Origin: Bdellovibrionales bacterium
GTDB lineage: Bacteria; Bdellovibrionota; Bdellovibrionia; Bdellovibrionales; UBA1609
DNA: 64,000 nt
Reading direction: 5' to 3'
NCBI GenBank assembly: GCA_965199825.1
Contig: OZ241329.1
Span: 768,001-832,000, forward strand
This document shows, piece after piece, positions 54,247 to 64,000 of this stretch. The position numbers were made by a program, and so were the translations under genes. Every line of letters begins with the position of its first letter. Position 1 is the stretch's first letter. The notes under the pieces are model-generated. The model had not been told where the DNA came from. It saw only the letters and a program-made list of their open reading frames with translations, and did not search any database.

Positions 54247-55068
54247 TTAAAATCCATACTTTTTGGCAATGGCTTGAGCTTGTTTGCGGCTCGCCTTTTC
54301 GCCAATCACAATGGCTTCGCGTCGTTTTTGGGTCTCGGCCAAATCAATACCTGGAGTGGCAATTAAAAATGCTTCGTCAAACATATTAGCTTTAAGAAGT
54401 TGCCCTTTAATTTGCGAATACGCTTCAATCCCTTGGGCTGGAGTTTTTAAAACATCAATGTAAATCAAAATATCAAAGTTTTGTGAACGAAGGTTTTGTA
54501 CAAGATCGGCAACAAAAGTCAGAGGTGGAGGTGCGGTCATTGTGTCGACACATTTTTTGAGAGTCTCAGAAAATTCACCCCGATCTTGGAGCGAAAAATC
54601 TTTGAGATCAGCACAAAAAAATCGCACAGGGGATTGCTCGATCGATCGACCTTTTAAATTGTCTTGATAAAAATGGATCAGCGGATCTTTAGGTTTTGAA
54701 AAAAACGAATGCGAGCTCTCTTTGTTTTCGAGTTTATAAAGCTTCCATTCTGCATCATGAATTTGACCATTTTGAGCATACAGTGCTGCAACCAAACTGC
54801 CCCACTCGATTCCAACAACAGCTTCCACCGGCACGCGCGACCTTAAGAGTTCTTTTAAAACTCCAAGCTCGGCAAAGCTTCGAGCATGACCTGGACCAAA
54901 CACAACCGCAACATGATGAATGGGTTTTTCAACAATCACCGGCTTTGGAGCCTCGACCGGTTGCGGCTGCTCTTGGGGAAGCACAACACCATCTTCGGTT
55001 TTAATTTTAGGATGAGTGGCGCAACCCACCAAAAAAAGTAGCGTAAAGAAAAAATTCTTGGTTGCCAT
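54247..55068 (-). CDS. Patatin-like lipoprotein with degenerate catalytic motifs
   Basis: LVGC lipobox; GPGHARSFAELGVL; GIEWG. Confidence 0.65.
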   Translation of the reverse strand: MATKNFFFTLLFLVGCATHPKIKTEDGVVLPQEQPQPVEAPKPVIVEKPIHHVAVVFGPGHARSFAELGVLKELLRSRVPVEAVVGIEWGSLVAALYAQNGQIHDAEWKLYKLENKESSHSFFSKPKDPLIHFYQDNLKGRSIEQSPVRFFCADLKDFSLQDRGEFSETLKKCVDTMTAPPPLTFVADLVQNLRSQNFDILIYIDVLKTPAQGIEAYSQIKGQLLKANMFDEAFLIATPGIDLAETQKRREAIVIGEKASRKQAQAIAKKYGF

Positions 55069-55768
55069 CTTGCCCCTTTATTCGACTGGGCACGTATCTC
55101 AAATTTGTAAATCCAAAGTCTTCAAATGCCCGCTCCATCTTAAACTTTAGGTTTTCATAAAGTCTATGGTCTTTTACGATTCCTTTTTTGTTTAAATCTT
55201 TTTTTGTGAGTTCAAATTGTGGTTTTACAAGAATCAAAATTTTTGAATCCCGTGTCAATAACCCTAAAAGATGCGGAACAACTTTAAGACACGAGGTAAA
55301 CGAAACATCACACACGATCAAATCAAAAGGTGCTTCATTTAAAATCTCAGAATGTGTAGACGCCTGTTGCGCCGAAAGATGATCAAAATACTTCAGAGAG
55401 TTTTTTAATTTTTTGTTCAGCTGAGAATGACCGACGTCAATTCCAACTCCAGCCCTTGCACCTTGTTGCAATAAGCAATCAGAAAATCCGCCGGTGGATA
55501 AGCCCACATCTAAAAATTTTAATCCCGTCACATCGATTTGCAAATCCTGAAGTGCTCCTTCGAGCTTTAATCCACCACGCGAAACATAGCGCAAACAGTT
55601 TTCACTGCTCAATCGGATTTGATTTGTATTGGTAAATTCACTGGGTTTTAAAGCCGTCTGCCATTTTTCTTTAAACACTTCGACCTGACCCAATCGAATC
55701 AGCTCTTGGGCTTTTGACCTTGAGGGTGCGAGTTCGAGCTCAACCAATTTTTGATCAAGCCGACTCAC
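55007..55768 (-). CDS. tlyA: TlyA rRNA methyltransferase
   Basis: S4 domain RLD..SRSKA, YVSRGGLKL, LVKPQFE, GNQEF. Confidence 0.93.
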   Translation of the reverse strand: MSRLDQKLVELELAPSRSKAQELIRLGQVEVFKEKWQTALKPSEFTNTNQIRLSSENCLRYVSRGGLKLEGALQDLQIDVTGLKFLDVGLSTGGFSDCLLQQGARAGVGIDVGHSQLNKKLKNSLKYFDHLSAQQASTHSEILNEAPFDLIVCDVSFTSCLKVVPHLLGLLTRDSKILILVKPQFELTKKDLNKKGIVKDHRLYENLKFKMERAFEDFGFTNLRYVPSRIKGQDGNQEFFLYATFFGGLRHSS

Positions 55769-56646
55769 GACTCGCGGCTTTGATTAAATTCAATTAAAAA
55801 ATGAAGATCTTCAGGCTCGGCAAATTCGCTGGTCAGCTCAATCGATTTTTTTGAGAGCTCTTGCAACAATTGAACAGCACCTTCGCGGCTTAATACATTG
55901 ATGTAGTTTACGGGCTCAGGACTTTCAGATTTAAAATCGAGCAAATCATCTTTAAGTTGAAATGCAAAACCAAGTGTAATCCCAAGCTCTCGCGCGGCTT
56001 CGCGCGTAGAAATTGAAGCTTGTGCAACAACTGCCGCACCTTCACAGGCGGCACGAATCAATGCTCCCGTTTTCATTTCGTGTAGTGTCTGAACGAACGC
56101 GGCACCATGTAGTTTGGTCGGAGAAATATCAAGCGCTTGTCCGCCCACCATCCCGCGCACACCGGCGGCTTCAGACAAAATTTTAATCAGTTCAACTGCA
56201 GTTTCTGGAGGATAGTGTCGTGCGAGTGCCCCAAAGGCTTCGGTCAATAGAGCATCACCCGCAAGAAGAGCCATCGCCTCGCCATACACTTTGTGATTGG
56301 TGGGTTTACCTCTACGAACGTCATCATTGTCCATGCAGGGAAGATCATCGTGAATCAAAGAATAGGCATGGATAAATTCAAGCACGCCTGCCCAAGTCAT
56401 CACATCAAGCACTGATCCATTGAGACATTGGGTCACGATGCATGTGAGCAGCGGACGAAATCGTTTTCCACCCGACAGCAACGAATAGCGCAACGATTCA
56501 ATCAGTTGCTCTTGGCCCGGCCCTTCGGGCAACCACTCCGAAGACATTCGATCCAGAGTGTGCTCGATGGTTTTTAAGAGAGGGTAAAATCGCTCTTCGA
56601 TGGGATTACTCTTGGATAACAAAGGTTTCTGTAACGAGAGTTCCAT
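55765..56646 (-). CDS. ispA: Polyprenyl (farnesyl) diphosphate synthase
   Basis: GGKRFRP, SLIHDDLPCMD, KTGAL, FQLKDDLLD. Confidence 0.93.
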   Translation of the reverse strand: MELSLQKPLLSKSNPIEERFYPLLKTIEHTLDRMSSEWLPEGPGQEQLIESLRYSLLSGGKRFRPLLTCIVTQCLNGSVLDVMTWAGVLEFIHAYSLIHDDLPCMDNDDVRRGKPTNHKVYGEAMALLAGDALLTEAFGALARHYPPETAVELIKILSEAAGVRGMVGGQALDISPTKLHGAAFVQTLHEMKTGALIRAACEGAAVVAQASISTREAARELGITLGFAFQLKDDLLDFKSESPEPVNYINVLSREGAVQLLQELSKKSIELTSEFAEPEDLHFLIEFNQSRES

Positions 56647-56827
56647 CAGCCTCCACTTTTAATAATGTCTGAACCTTTTGTTCGACTTCGCCGAGTTGCA
56701 CGTGGCATTCCCGCGACAACCGCACACCTTCTTCAAAAGTTTTGAGCGAATCCTCAAGACTGAGCTCACCCTTTTCCATAGTGCGCACAATTTCTTCGAG
56801 ACGGTTTAATTTTTTTTCGAAATCCAT
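56606..56827 (-). CDS. xseB: Exodeoxyribonuclease VII small subunit
   Basis: FE..L.RLEEIV..ME.GEL.LE...FEEG. Confidence 0.93.
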   Translation of the reverse strand: MDFEKKLNRLEEIVRTMEKGELSLEDSLKTFEEGVRLSRECHVQLGEVEQKVQTLLKVEADGTLVTETFVIQE

Positions 56828-58185
56828 TATTTTACTCCTGCTTGAAATTCTCCGTCAGCCACACGGATCGTGATCACATCACCAGATGAAACATCATTTT
56901 TTGAACGAACAATTTTATTTTCTTTTGCAACGATCGCATAGCCTCGATCCACAACCTTGAGTGGACTTAAAACATCGAGCACTTGAGCCGAAGTCCCAAT
57001 GCGATTTTTTTGACTCTTAATTAAAGCAACTAACGCACCCTCGAGTTGGCTCCGAAAAAACCGCAAACGTTCCGATTTTAATTTTACAACTTCGCGCGGC
57101 GAAACAAAACGCGAATTGAGCATGGTCACTCGCAGGCGATCATCACTGATTGATCGCTGTATCGCATTTTCGAGTCGGCTTTTGAGCTCATCAAGACGAA
57201 GCATCGTGTCTTGCAATCGCCGCCGTGGATCGACCAGCTGCCGAGTCAAATGATCAAGACGTTGCCGACGTATTTTTAACCAATGGGCTTTAAGATTGCG
57301 ACATCGTGCAAGCAGTTGGCGAAGTGTGTTTGTCAATTCACTCGCACTTTTGACCACGAGCTCGGCGGCGGCCGAAGGTGTGGGCGCTCGTAGGTCGGCA
57401 ACAAAATCGGCAATAGTAAAATCAATCTCATGACCAACCGCCGAAATTGTGGGAACGCGCGAAGCTGCGATGGCTCGAGCAACCGGCTCGGTGTTAAACG
57501 CCCACATATCTTCAATGCTGCCGCCACCTCGACCGATAATCATCGCGTCGATGTCGTTGATCCGTTGGGCCAGCTCAATCGCTTTAACAATCGATTTTGT
57601 GGCTTGCTCACCTTGTACGACAGTGGGGATCACAGTAATTTTAAGCCCACGAAATCGGCGATGAAGAACATTTAAAATATCACGAATCGCCGCACCTGTT
57701 GGCGAAGTGACCACCGCAATATGCTTTGGGTGTGCCGGAAGCGGCCGTTTTCGCGATCGATCAAACAGACCTTCAAGCGACAGTTTTTTCTTGAGTTGTT
57801 CAAAAGCAAGCTGCAAAGCCCCTGCACCGACAGGCTCCATCGCTTCACAAAAAACTTGGTAGTTCCCGCGCGGTTCATACACCGTGATTTTACCGCGCAC
57901 CAAAACTTCCATTCCATCAGCAGGACGGAATTTTAACTTTTGGTTGTTGGCTTTGAACATGATCGCATTGATTTGGGATTTTTGATCTTTTAAACTAAAA
58001 TAGTAGTGGCCAGAAGAATGCGGTTTAAAGTTTGAGATCTCACCTTTAATCCAGATTAAATTAAATTTGTTTTCTAAGGTCTGACGGATCAGCTTGTTTA
58101 AATCAGATACAGAAAAAACCTGTGGCTGTTCGTCTTTAGGGATTGTGTTGTCGATTGTATTAAAATCGAGCTCGATTTGCTCCAT
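56827..58185 (-). CDS. xseA: Exodeoxyribonuclease VII large subunit
   Basis: SGHYYFSLKD, GRGGGSIED, GHEID, APTPSAAAE. Confidence 0.97.
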   Translation of the reverse strand: MEQIELDFNTIDNTIPKDEQPQVFSVSDLNKLIRQTLENKFNLIWIKGEISNFKPHSSGHYYFSLKDQKSQINAIMFKANNQKLKFRPADGMEVLVRGKITVYEPRGNYQVFCEAMEPVGAGALQLAFEQLKKKLSLEGLFDRSRKRPLPAHPKHIAVVTSPTGAAIRDILNVLHRRFRGLKITVIPTVVQGEQATKSIVKAIELAQRINDIDAMIIGRGGGSIEDMWAFNTEPVARAIAASRVPTISAVGHEIDFTIADFVADLRAPTPSAAAELVVKSASELTNTLRQLLARCRNLKAHWLKIRRQRLDHLTRQLVDPRRRLQDTMLRLDELKSRLENAIQRSISDDRLRVTMLNSRFVSPREVVKLKSERLRFFRSQLEGALVALIKSQKNRIGTSAQVLDVLSPLKVVDRGYAIVAKENKIVRSKNDVSSGDVITIRVADGEFQAGVK

Positions 58186-58215
58186 GAAGGCGCAAGGATA
58201 AAATGATGTGGTAGC

Positions 58216-58431
58216 TCAGTCAATAAGCAGATTTTGCAGAGACCAGAGGCTTCCTACGATGAGACAGACGAACCCAAGGTGACGGTGCCCTTGAATTTGT
58301 TTTACAATCGCTTGTGGGAGCCGCTCTTCGGCTGCCTCGATCAGTTTTGGCATGTTCAACACGATTGTCATTACCGCGCCGTAACCAAAGACAAAAAATG
58401 GAAAAATCAAGTCGATTTCTTTGTACGTCAT
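58216..58431 (-). CDS. Small two-TM hypothetical protein
   Basis: 71 aa ORF with two hydrophobic segments upstream of xseA. Confidence 0.55.
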   Translation of the reverse strand: MTYKEIDLIFPFFVFGYGAVMTIVLNMPKLIEAAEERLPQAIVKQIQGHRHLGFVCLIVGSLWSLQNLLID

Positions 58432-58749
58432 ACTTTCGTTATCGGTTGAGGCGGATCAAAATGTTACAGGACCTTCAGACATATTTTCTTACGGCATAAC
58501 AATTGATCACTAGCTGTTGGGGTTGGGATTTGCTAAAGTGGAATCTGTTCTTGTGGACTGAAGACAACGTAAATCCTATAAAGAATATTTATGGGGCCTG
58601 TCCCTGGGGATGGTGTGCATGCTCAACTTCGCATTGAGAAGCCTAAAGTTCCTATTATGGGCACCCACTTTAAAAAACATGGGTTTTGCGGATCGATCAG
58701 TTCCACAAGAATTTTTTTTTGCCCTTGGGTGGTTTTCGTTTGTTGGGTT

Positions 58750-59280
58750 TCGTGCCCGCTTTTTTTTGGGCGGTTGAGTTTGTCGTGCCCACATCTTTAT
58801 TTGATTGGCCGAAAAAATCTTTGTTTTTAAAAAGTTTGGTGTTTGTGGAACCATTTCCTTTTTTTGCCTGGCGTGGATTTGAAGCTAAAAATTTTGTCGT
58901 GCCCCCTTTGTGTTTCGGTTGGGCCGAAGTTTTTCGTGACCGTCTTTAGATTCATTAGAGCGAATTTTTTTGTTGTGCCCATTCCTTTAAATCAAATGGA
59001 ATCTTTGTTTTTAGAAGTTTGGTATTTTGTAGGATCATTTAATTGTCATGTTCGGATTTTGTTGGTGGCCGAAGTCTGTCGTGCCCGCCTTGAGATTGTT
59101 TTTTTGTCGTGCCCGCTTCTTAAAATCATAAGGAATTTTTTGTTCTTAGAAGTTTGGTGATTTATAGGAGACTTTACTTTTCTTACCCAGCGCAGATTTA
59201 AACCTAAAGAATTTTGTCGTGCCCATCTTTAGATTCATGAGACCGAATTTTTTGTCGTGCCCGCACAAATTTTCTTGACG
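58750..59280 (+). repeat. Degenerate cluster of TCGTGCCC motifs upstream of the HNH gene
   Basis: Motif at 58750, 58783, 58897, 59079, 59107, 59217, 59255; variants near 58934 and 58973. Confidence 0.88.
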
Positions 59281-59473
59281 GGATTTTGTTATTGCTTAAA
59301 TGGCCCTGGCTTCTATTTTCAAGCCAAATACCCTTTTTCTGCTCCAAATCATCTCGCAGACATCACCAAGCTCAACAAAGACGCCAACAAATGAACCTGT
59401 GATTCACATCCGACAAGCTGTAAAAATGAAAGATTAGAAACCCGTGGTAATCTCCTCTAAATAGGAGATATTT

Positions 59474-60316
59474 ATGGATCATTCAAAAATTCATCTCAAT
59501 GCGTTGACCGCTGCTGATGCTCATCGCAAAACCGAAATGGAATTGCTCAATGCTTTAGAGCTTGTTTGGAAAAACAAAACCTTTTCGCAATATGGTTGCC
59601 GATCGTTGTTTGAATATTCAACCAAACACCTCAAATTATCCGAAGAGATGGCAAGTATTGTAAACAAAATTGCAAAAAAATTTACTGAACTTCCTGAACT
59701 TAAAGCAGGCATGGAGTCTGGTGAACTTTCACTCTCAAAAGCGAATCGAATCACTGCGGTTGTCACAAAAGAAAATGTGGATCACTGGATGAATTTGGCC
59801 AAGGGCACCAAACGCAATCTCGAAAAACAAATTTCCATGGTCCAACCCGAGAAAGCAATTCCGGAGCGGGCACGACATCAAAAAGCGGGCGACACTTTAC
59901 GAGTCGCGATTTCTTATTCGATGACTCAAGAGGAATTTGCAATGTTTGAACGGACACAAGATCTTTTGAGCCAAAAATTAAAGCGACCGGCCTCGATCGG
60001 TGATGTTCATCTTGCAGCTCTTAAAGAGCTCCAGCAAAAGCTCGACCCGTTAGAAAAACCGATTCGCCAAAAATCAGCGGGCACGACAAAATTGACCATC
60101 GCACTAAAGCGAAAAATCCATCACAACCTGAAAAGTCAGTGCAGTCATATTGATCAATCCGGCGAGCGTTGCCCCGCGCGACGCCACCTTGATGTTCATC
60201 ACATCATTCCTAAATCGCAAGGCGGATCAGATAACGAAGAAAACCTGACCCTTTTATGTTCAGGACATCATCGTGCTCACCATCGAAAGGCTAGGAACTC
60301 CCAAAAAGCGTTTTGA
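59474..60316 (+). CDS. HNH endonuclease, divergent paralog of 36218..37042
   Basis: MDH.KI, YGCRSLF, LS.SKANRI, LDVHHIIP..GG.D...NL.LLCSGHHRAHH. Confidence 0.9.
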   Translation: MDHSKIHLNALTAADAHRKTEMELLNALELVWKNKTFSQYGCRSLFEYSTKHLKLSEEMASIVNKIAKKFTELPELKAGMESGELSLSKANRITAVVTKENVDHWMNLAKGTKRNLEKQISMVQPEKAIPERARHQKAGDTLRVAISYSMTQEEFAMFERTQDLLSQKLKRPASIGDVHLAALKELQQKLDPLEKPIRQKSAGTTKLTIALKRKIHHNLKSQCSHIDQSGERCPARRHLDVHHIIPKSQGGSDNEENLTLLCSGHHRAHHRKARNSQKAF

Positions 60317-60355
60317 GTCGCTGCGCCAACCTGCGACACTAAATGAAAGAGGTGG

Positions 60356-62053
60356 ATGTTGATGATTTCTCGTTTTTGTTTGGTCTTGATGCTGATCGCT
60401 AGCAATGTAACGCAAGCTGCAAATACAACTCCGCCACCAGCACCTGCTGCGCCCTACTCACCCTTCAATCCCAACGACAGAGCTGCACAATGTTCCTCGG
60501 CAAAGAATGCAATGCAAACAGCGGGCTCCACTTTTAGCACGGCATGTGGAAAAGCGAAGATGAGCAACAAAAATAAAGATTTTGAATATTGCTCTGCGGA
60601 TATTTTAAAATGTCGCTCTTGCGTTGATGGCTCAGATAGCACTTCGATTCCGCCGGGGATAACATGCAACGATGTTAAGTCGTCGTCTAAAGATTCTGAT
60701 TCGTCAGCCAAAGATTCTGCAAGTAAATCAGAATACATCAAGGTCACACCTGATGCCGAATCTACAAAAGGCGAATTTGCAAACTGTCCAAGTCTGGCCG
60801 GCGAAGATATGAAAAATTATATTCAAGAAGTCCGAGAGAGTCAGACAAAAGTGCATGAGCTTACAGATAAAGTTTCTAAAGCCCAAGAGGAACAGCAGGC
60901 GCTCAAAGACGATCTTAATGTTAAAATTGAAGAAATCGAAACGAGTGCTCAAGAAAAAAGTCAGGCCGCCCAAGATGCAGTTCAAAAATATAAAGAAGAG
61001 CTTGTGGATGCTCAAACCCAGATGCTCGACGACATTCAAAAATTGAATGTTCAAGTTACAGAAATAGTTGCCAAAGAGGGCCAGGTCCGTATTCAAAAAG
61101 ATGCCAACCAAGAAAAATATAATGAAATGGTCACAACCGAACAGCTTAAATGTCATGGAACAGCTCTGACAAAAGTTGATGCACTTAGAAATTCACGCTT
61201 GGCCGCACAAGATGCAGGGACTTATACCGCAGGGAATTTCAATAATCTTTTGCAAGGCGTGGGGCTTGATACAAGATCTAAATCTCAATTGCTTGCCCAA
61301 CAATATTATCTTTGGTGCTTACAAGATCAAAGTTATCGTGCCCAAATTTCTACAGGCCTTGAGCAAAAAAGAATTTCGGATAAGTCTGCGGATGCCCAAA
61401 TCGTTGCTTATGATAATCAAATTAAGGGAATCAATGCCCAGATCACTACAATTCAAACAACGAAGTTAGATACCGCAAATCAAAAAGTTTCGGCTCAAAT
61501 TCAGAGAACCCAATCAAAACTCACCACAGATTTACAAACTCTTCAGAAAAAAGAATCGAATATCCGACAAACTAATGCCACTAAAGCCGCAGCAAAAGAT
61601 CGAGAGATCGCAAACTTAAATCAACAACTCGCTGAAGAAAAAGATTATCTTAAGCAGAAACAAGACTATCTTGCTCTTAAAAATAAGTACGGTGCCGGTG
61701 CGATGAGCGATGCCAATGCTTACAGTGATGCAAGCGCAGCGATGGACAGTTATGTTGGAGCGGTACGAACCTACTATAGCAGCTGTTGTAACGATATTAA
61801 ACAAGATCCTACATGTGACCAAAAATCTAATTTTGTTTGCGGAAAAGTAGATCAGACTGCGGATTGCCTCGGTAAGCCAGGGAACCAAAGTCTTTATGAT
61901 TCAACTACCACCCCACCAGCAACAACTGCACCGACAACTCCTGCAGCAGCCCCCGCAAACGACGCACCCGCAACCACCCCCGCCAGCGCAAGACCACACG
62001 GCAGACAAAACGGCGGCCGACGGCCTTCCTCAAGCTCCGACTCCGTCCAATAA
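60356..62053 (+). CDS. Secreted long coiled-coil protein with Cys-rich ends
   Basis: Signal peptide; Q/K/E heptad core; Pro/Thr/Ala-rich tail. Confidence 0.8.
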   Translation: MLMISRFCLVLMLIASNVTQAANTTPPPAPAAPYSPFNPNDRAAQCSSAKNAMQTAGSTFSTACGKAKMSNKNKDFEYCSADILKCRSCVDGSDSTSIPPGITCNDVKSSSKDSDSSAKDSASKSEYIKVTPDAESTKGEFANCPSLAGEDMKNYIQEVRESQTKVHELTDKVSKAQEEQQALKDDLNVKIEEIETSAQEKSQAAQDAVQKYKEELVDAQTQMLDDIQKLNVQVTEIVAKEGQVRIQKDANQEKYNEMVTTEQLKCHGTALTKVDALRNSRLAAQDAGTYTAGNFNNLLQGVGLDTRSKSQLLAQQYYLWCLQDQSYRAQISTGLEQKRISDKSADAQIVAYDNQIKGINAQITTIQTTKLDTANQKVSAQIQRTQSKLTTDLQTLQKKESNIRQTNATKAAAKDREIANLNQQLAEEKDYLKQKQDYLALKNKYGAGAMSDANAYSDASAAMDSYVGAVRTYYSSCCNDIKQDPTCDQKSNFVCGKVDQTADCLGKPGNQSLYDSTTTPPATTAPTTPAAAPANDAPATTPASARPHGRQNGGRRPSSSSDSVQ

Positions 62054-62095
62054 ACCCAATTTGCATTCTCAAAAGTTAGACGCTACCTTTTGAGA

Positions 62096-64000
62096 ATGCG
62101 AAAAATTATAGCTCTTGTTTTGGTGTTGTTTTTTCTTGGCGTTGCCGGTCTTGCTGGTACCGTTTTTTATGTGGCTCAAAATCTGCCGCAGATGATTACG
62201 CTTCAAGATTATGAGCCGCTTTTGGTCAGCGAAGTGTTTGATCGAAAAAATAAGAAAATTGGTGAGTTCTATCGTGAAAAACGGATTCTCACTCCGTATG
62301 CGCAGATTCCGCAATCTGTGGTGCGGGCTTTTGTCTCGGCCGAAGATGGATCGTTTTTTAAGCATGGCGGCATCAATTATCTCGCGATCTTTCGGGCGTT
62401 TGTTGAAAACATCCAGGCGGGCCGTAAAAAACAAGGTGCAAGTACGATCACGCAACAAGTGGCGCGCTCGCTTTTGCTCACCAGTGAAAAAACTTACGTG
62501 CGTAAAATTAAGGAAATCCTTTTGGCTTACCGAATGGAATCGAATCTTAAAAAAGAAGAGATTCTTTATCTTTACCTAAATCAAATTTATTTGGGTCAAG
62601 GGGCATACGGGGTGGCCGCAGCTTCAGACATTTATTTTCGTAAACCACTCAAAGATATTTCGGTGGGCGAATCGGCAATGATCGCAGGCCTTCCCCAAGC
62701 TCCTTCGCGCTACAGTCCAATTTATAATCCAAAGCGCGCCAAAGAACGTCAGATCTATGTGCTTAACCGCATGGCCGATGATGGAGCGATCACAAAAGAA
62801 GTTGCTCACGCCACCGCTAAGGAACAACTCAAGGTTTATGTGCGCGAAAATTTTCAGGACAAGGCGCCATTTTATCTCGAGACTCTAAGACAACTGTTGG
62901 TCAAAAAATTAGGCGAAGTGCCCGTGCTCGATCGTGGTTTAAAAATTTACACTGGGCTTGATCTGGATTTGCAACTCGCCGCTCAAGAAGAGGTTCGCAA
63001 AGGGTTGCGCGATCTTGATAAACGCCAAGGCTTTCGTGGTGCACTCAAACATATCGAAGCCTCTGATGAGACCGCCGCTTTTTTGAAACTCACTCGTGAC
63101 AATTTGATTGATGATCTCTCGCCGGTCAGAATCATTCGCGAAGATGGAACAATTTTAGAAAAAGGCCCGCTGAATTTGACCCAAACCGCGCCGGGCCTTC
63201 CGCCTTATGCGACCATTGGTAAAATCACACAAGGTTTGGTTACAAAAGTTGATGATCATTACGGACTTGTTTATGTGCGTTTTGCTGAAAGCAAGGCACT
63301 CATGGATCTTGAAAAAATCGCTTGGGCCGGAAAGCCCGATGCCCAAGTTTCTTCTGAAGGACGAAAAATCCGAAAGCCTTCTGAGGCACTAAAAAAAGGC
63401 GATGTGATCGAGATACAGATTCAGAATCGTGTGTTTGCTTCTGAAAGACTCGATAAAGAATTTGCCGCTCTTAAAAAAAAGATGGGCAAAAAATATCGGC
63501 CACCCGAAGATTTGCCCAACTTTAAAGAATATGCCGAGGTCACTTTAGAGCAAACGCCGCTGGTCGAGGGTGCTTTGATTTCACTTGATGAAGCCACTGC
63601 CGATGTTGTGGCAATGGTGGGCGGATATGATTTTACCAAATCAGAATTCAATCGAACCCTTCAAGCTGCAAGACAGGCCGGATCAAGTTTTAAACCGTTT
63701 GTTTATTCTTCGGCCTTGGACAAAGGATTTAATCCGACAACTCCCATTCTTGATGCCCCCATCGTTTTTGAAGAAGAAGGCGATGCCCACGAAGGCCAAG
63801 ATATAAAAACGTGGAAGCCCACCAATATCGGCAAAAAATTTGAAGGCGATATTTTATTTCGGAATGCTTTGATTCGTTCGCTCAATGTCCCGACCGTTAA
63901 AATTATCGAAAAGGTCGGTGTCGATTGGGCCGCCACTTATGCCCGACGCTTAGGAATTTTTAATCCACTCAATATGGATTTTACTTTGGCGTTGGGATCA
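62096..64000 (+). CDS. mrcA: Class A penicillin-binding protein 1A (partial, runs off the window)
   Basis: Not in ORF track; read by hand from ATG 62096: TM, EDGSFFKHGG, GASTITQQ, RKIKE, GSSFKP, SLNVP. Confidence 0.93.
   Translation, partial: MRKIIALVLVLFFLGVAGLAGTVFYVAQNLPQMITLQDYEPLLVSEVFDRKNKKIGEFYREKRILTPYAQIPQSVVRAFVSAEDGSFFKHGGINYLAIFRAFVENIQAGRKKQGASTITQQVARSLLLTSEKTYVRKIKEILLAYRMESNLKKEEILYLYLNQIYLGQGAYGVAAASDIYFRKPLKDISVGESAMIAGLPQAPSRYSPIYNPKRAKERQIYVLNRMADDGAITKEVAHATAKEQLKVYVRENFQDKAPFYLETLRQLLVKKLGEVPVLDRGLKIYTGLDLDLQLAAQEEVRKGLRDLDKRQGFRGALKHIEASDETAAFLKLTRDNLIDDLSPVRIIREDGTILEKGPLNLTQTAPGLPPYATIGKITQGLVTKVDDHYGLVYVRFAESKALMDLEKIAWAGKPDAQVSSEGRKIRKPSEALKKGDVIEIQIQNRVFASERLDKEFAALKKKMGKKYRPPEDLPNFKEYAEVTLEQTPLVEGALISLDEATADVVAMVGGYDFTKSEFNRTLQAARQAGSSFKPFVYSSALDKGFNPTTPILDAPIVFEEEGDAHEGQDIKTWKPTNIGKKFEGDILFRNALIRSLNVPTVKIIEKVGVDWAATYARRLGIFNPLNMDFTLALGS

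Noticed and set aside
58576..59160. Short Phe-rich or Lys-rich ORFs
   Set aside because: Products of the T-rich motif cluster with no recognisable protein features
62069..63936. Small ORFs listed in the track
   Set aside because: Shadow frames of the PBP1A gene starting at 62096

Overview
Bacterial chromosomal window, probably from a Bdellovibrionota-like organism (inferred from gene content). It is mostly housekeeping: a caa3-type cytochrome oxidase cluster with heme A/O synthases, secA, trmL, prkA-yeaH-spoVR, mreB, glpD, pepP, xseAB-ispA-tlyA, lpoB and a PBP1A running off the end, interspersed with secreted or lipoprotein hypotheticals. The standout is an apparently linked system. Three paralogous genes of one HNH-nuclease family (one truncated) are associated with the motif GCGGGCACGA/TCGTGCCCGC. 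The motif clusters upstream of the genes, is embedded in their coding sequence in different frames and strands, bounds the duplication between two copies, and is expanded into a ~44-unit 20-bp tandem array at a gene-less locus. That locus carries the same bipartite TCGTGCCCGC-N10-TTGAC site. A separate REP-like hairpin family (3 copies) lies next to two of the nuclease genes. All functional interpretations are inference; no searches were run.
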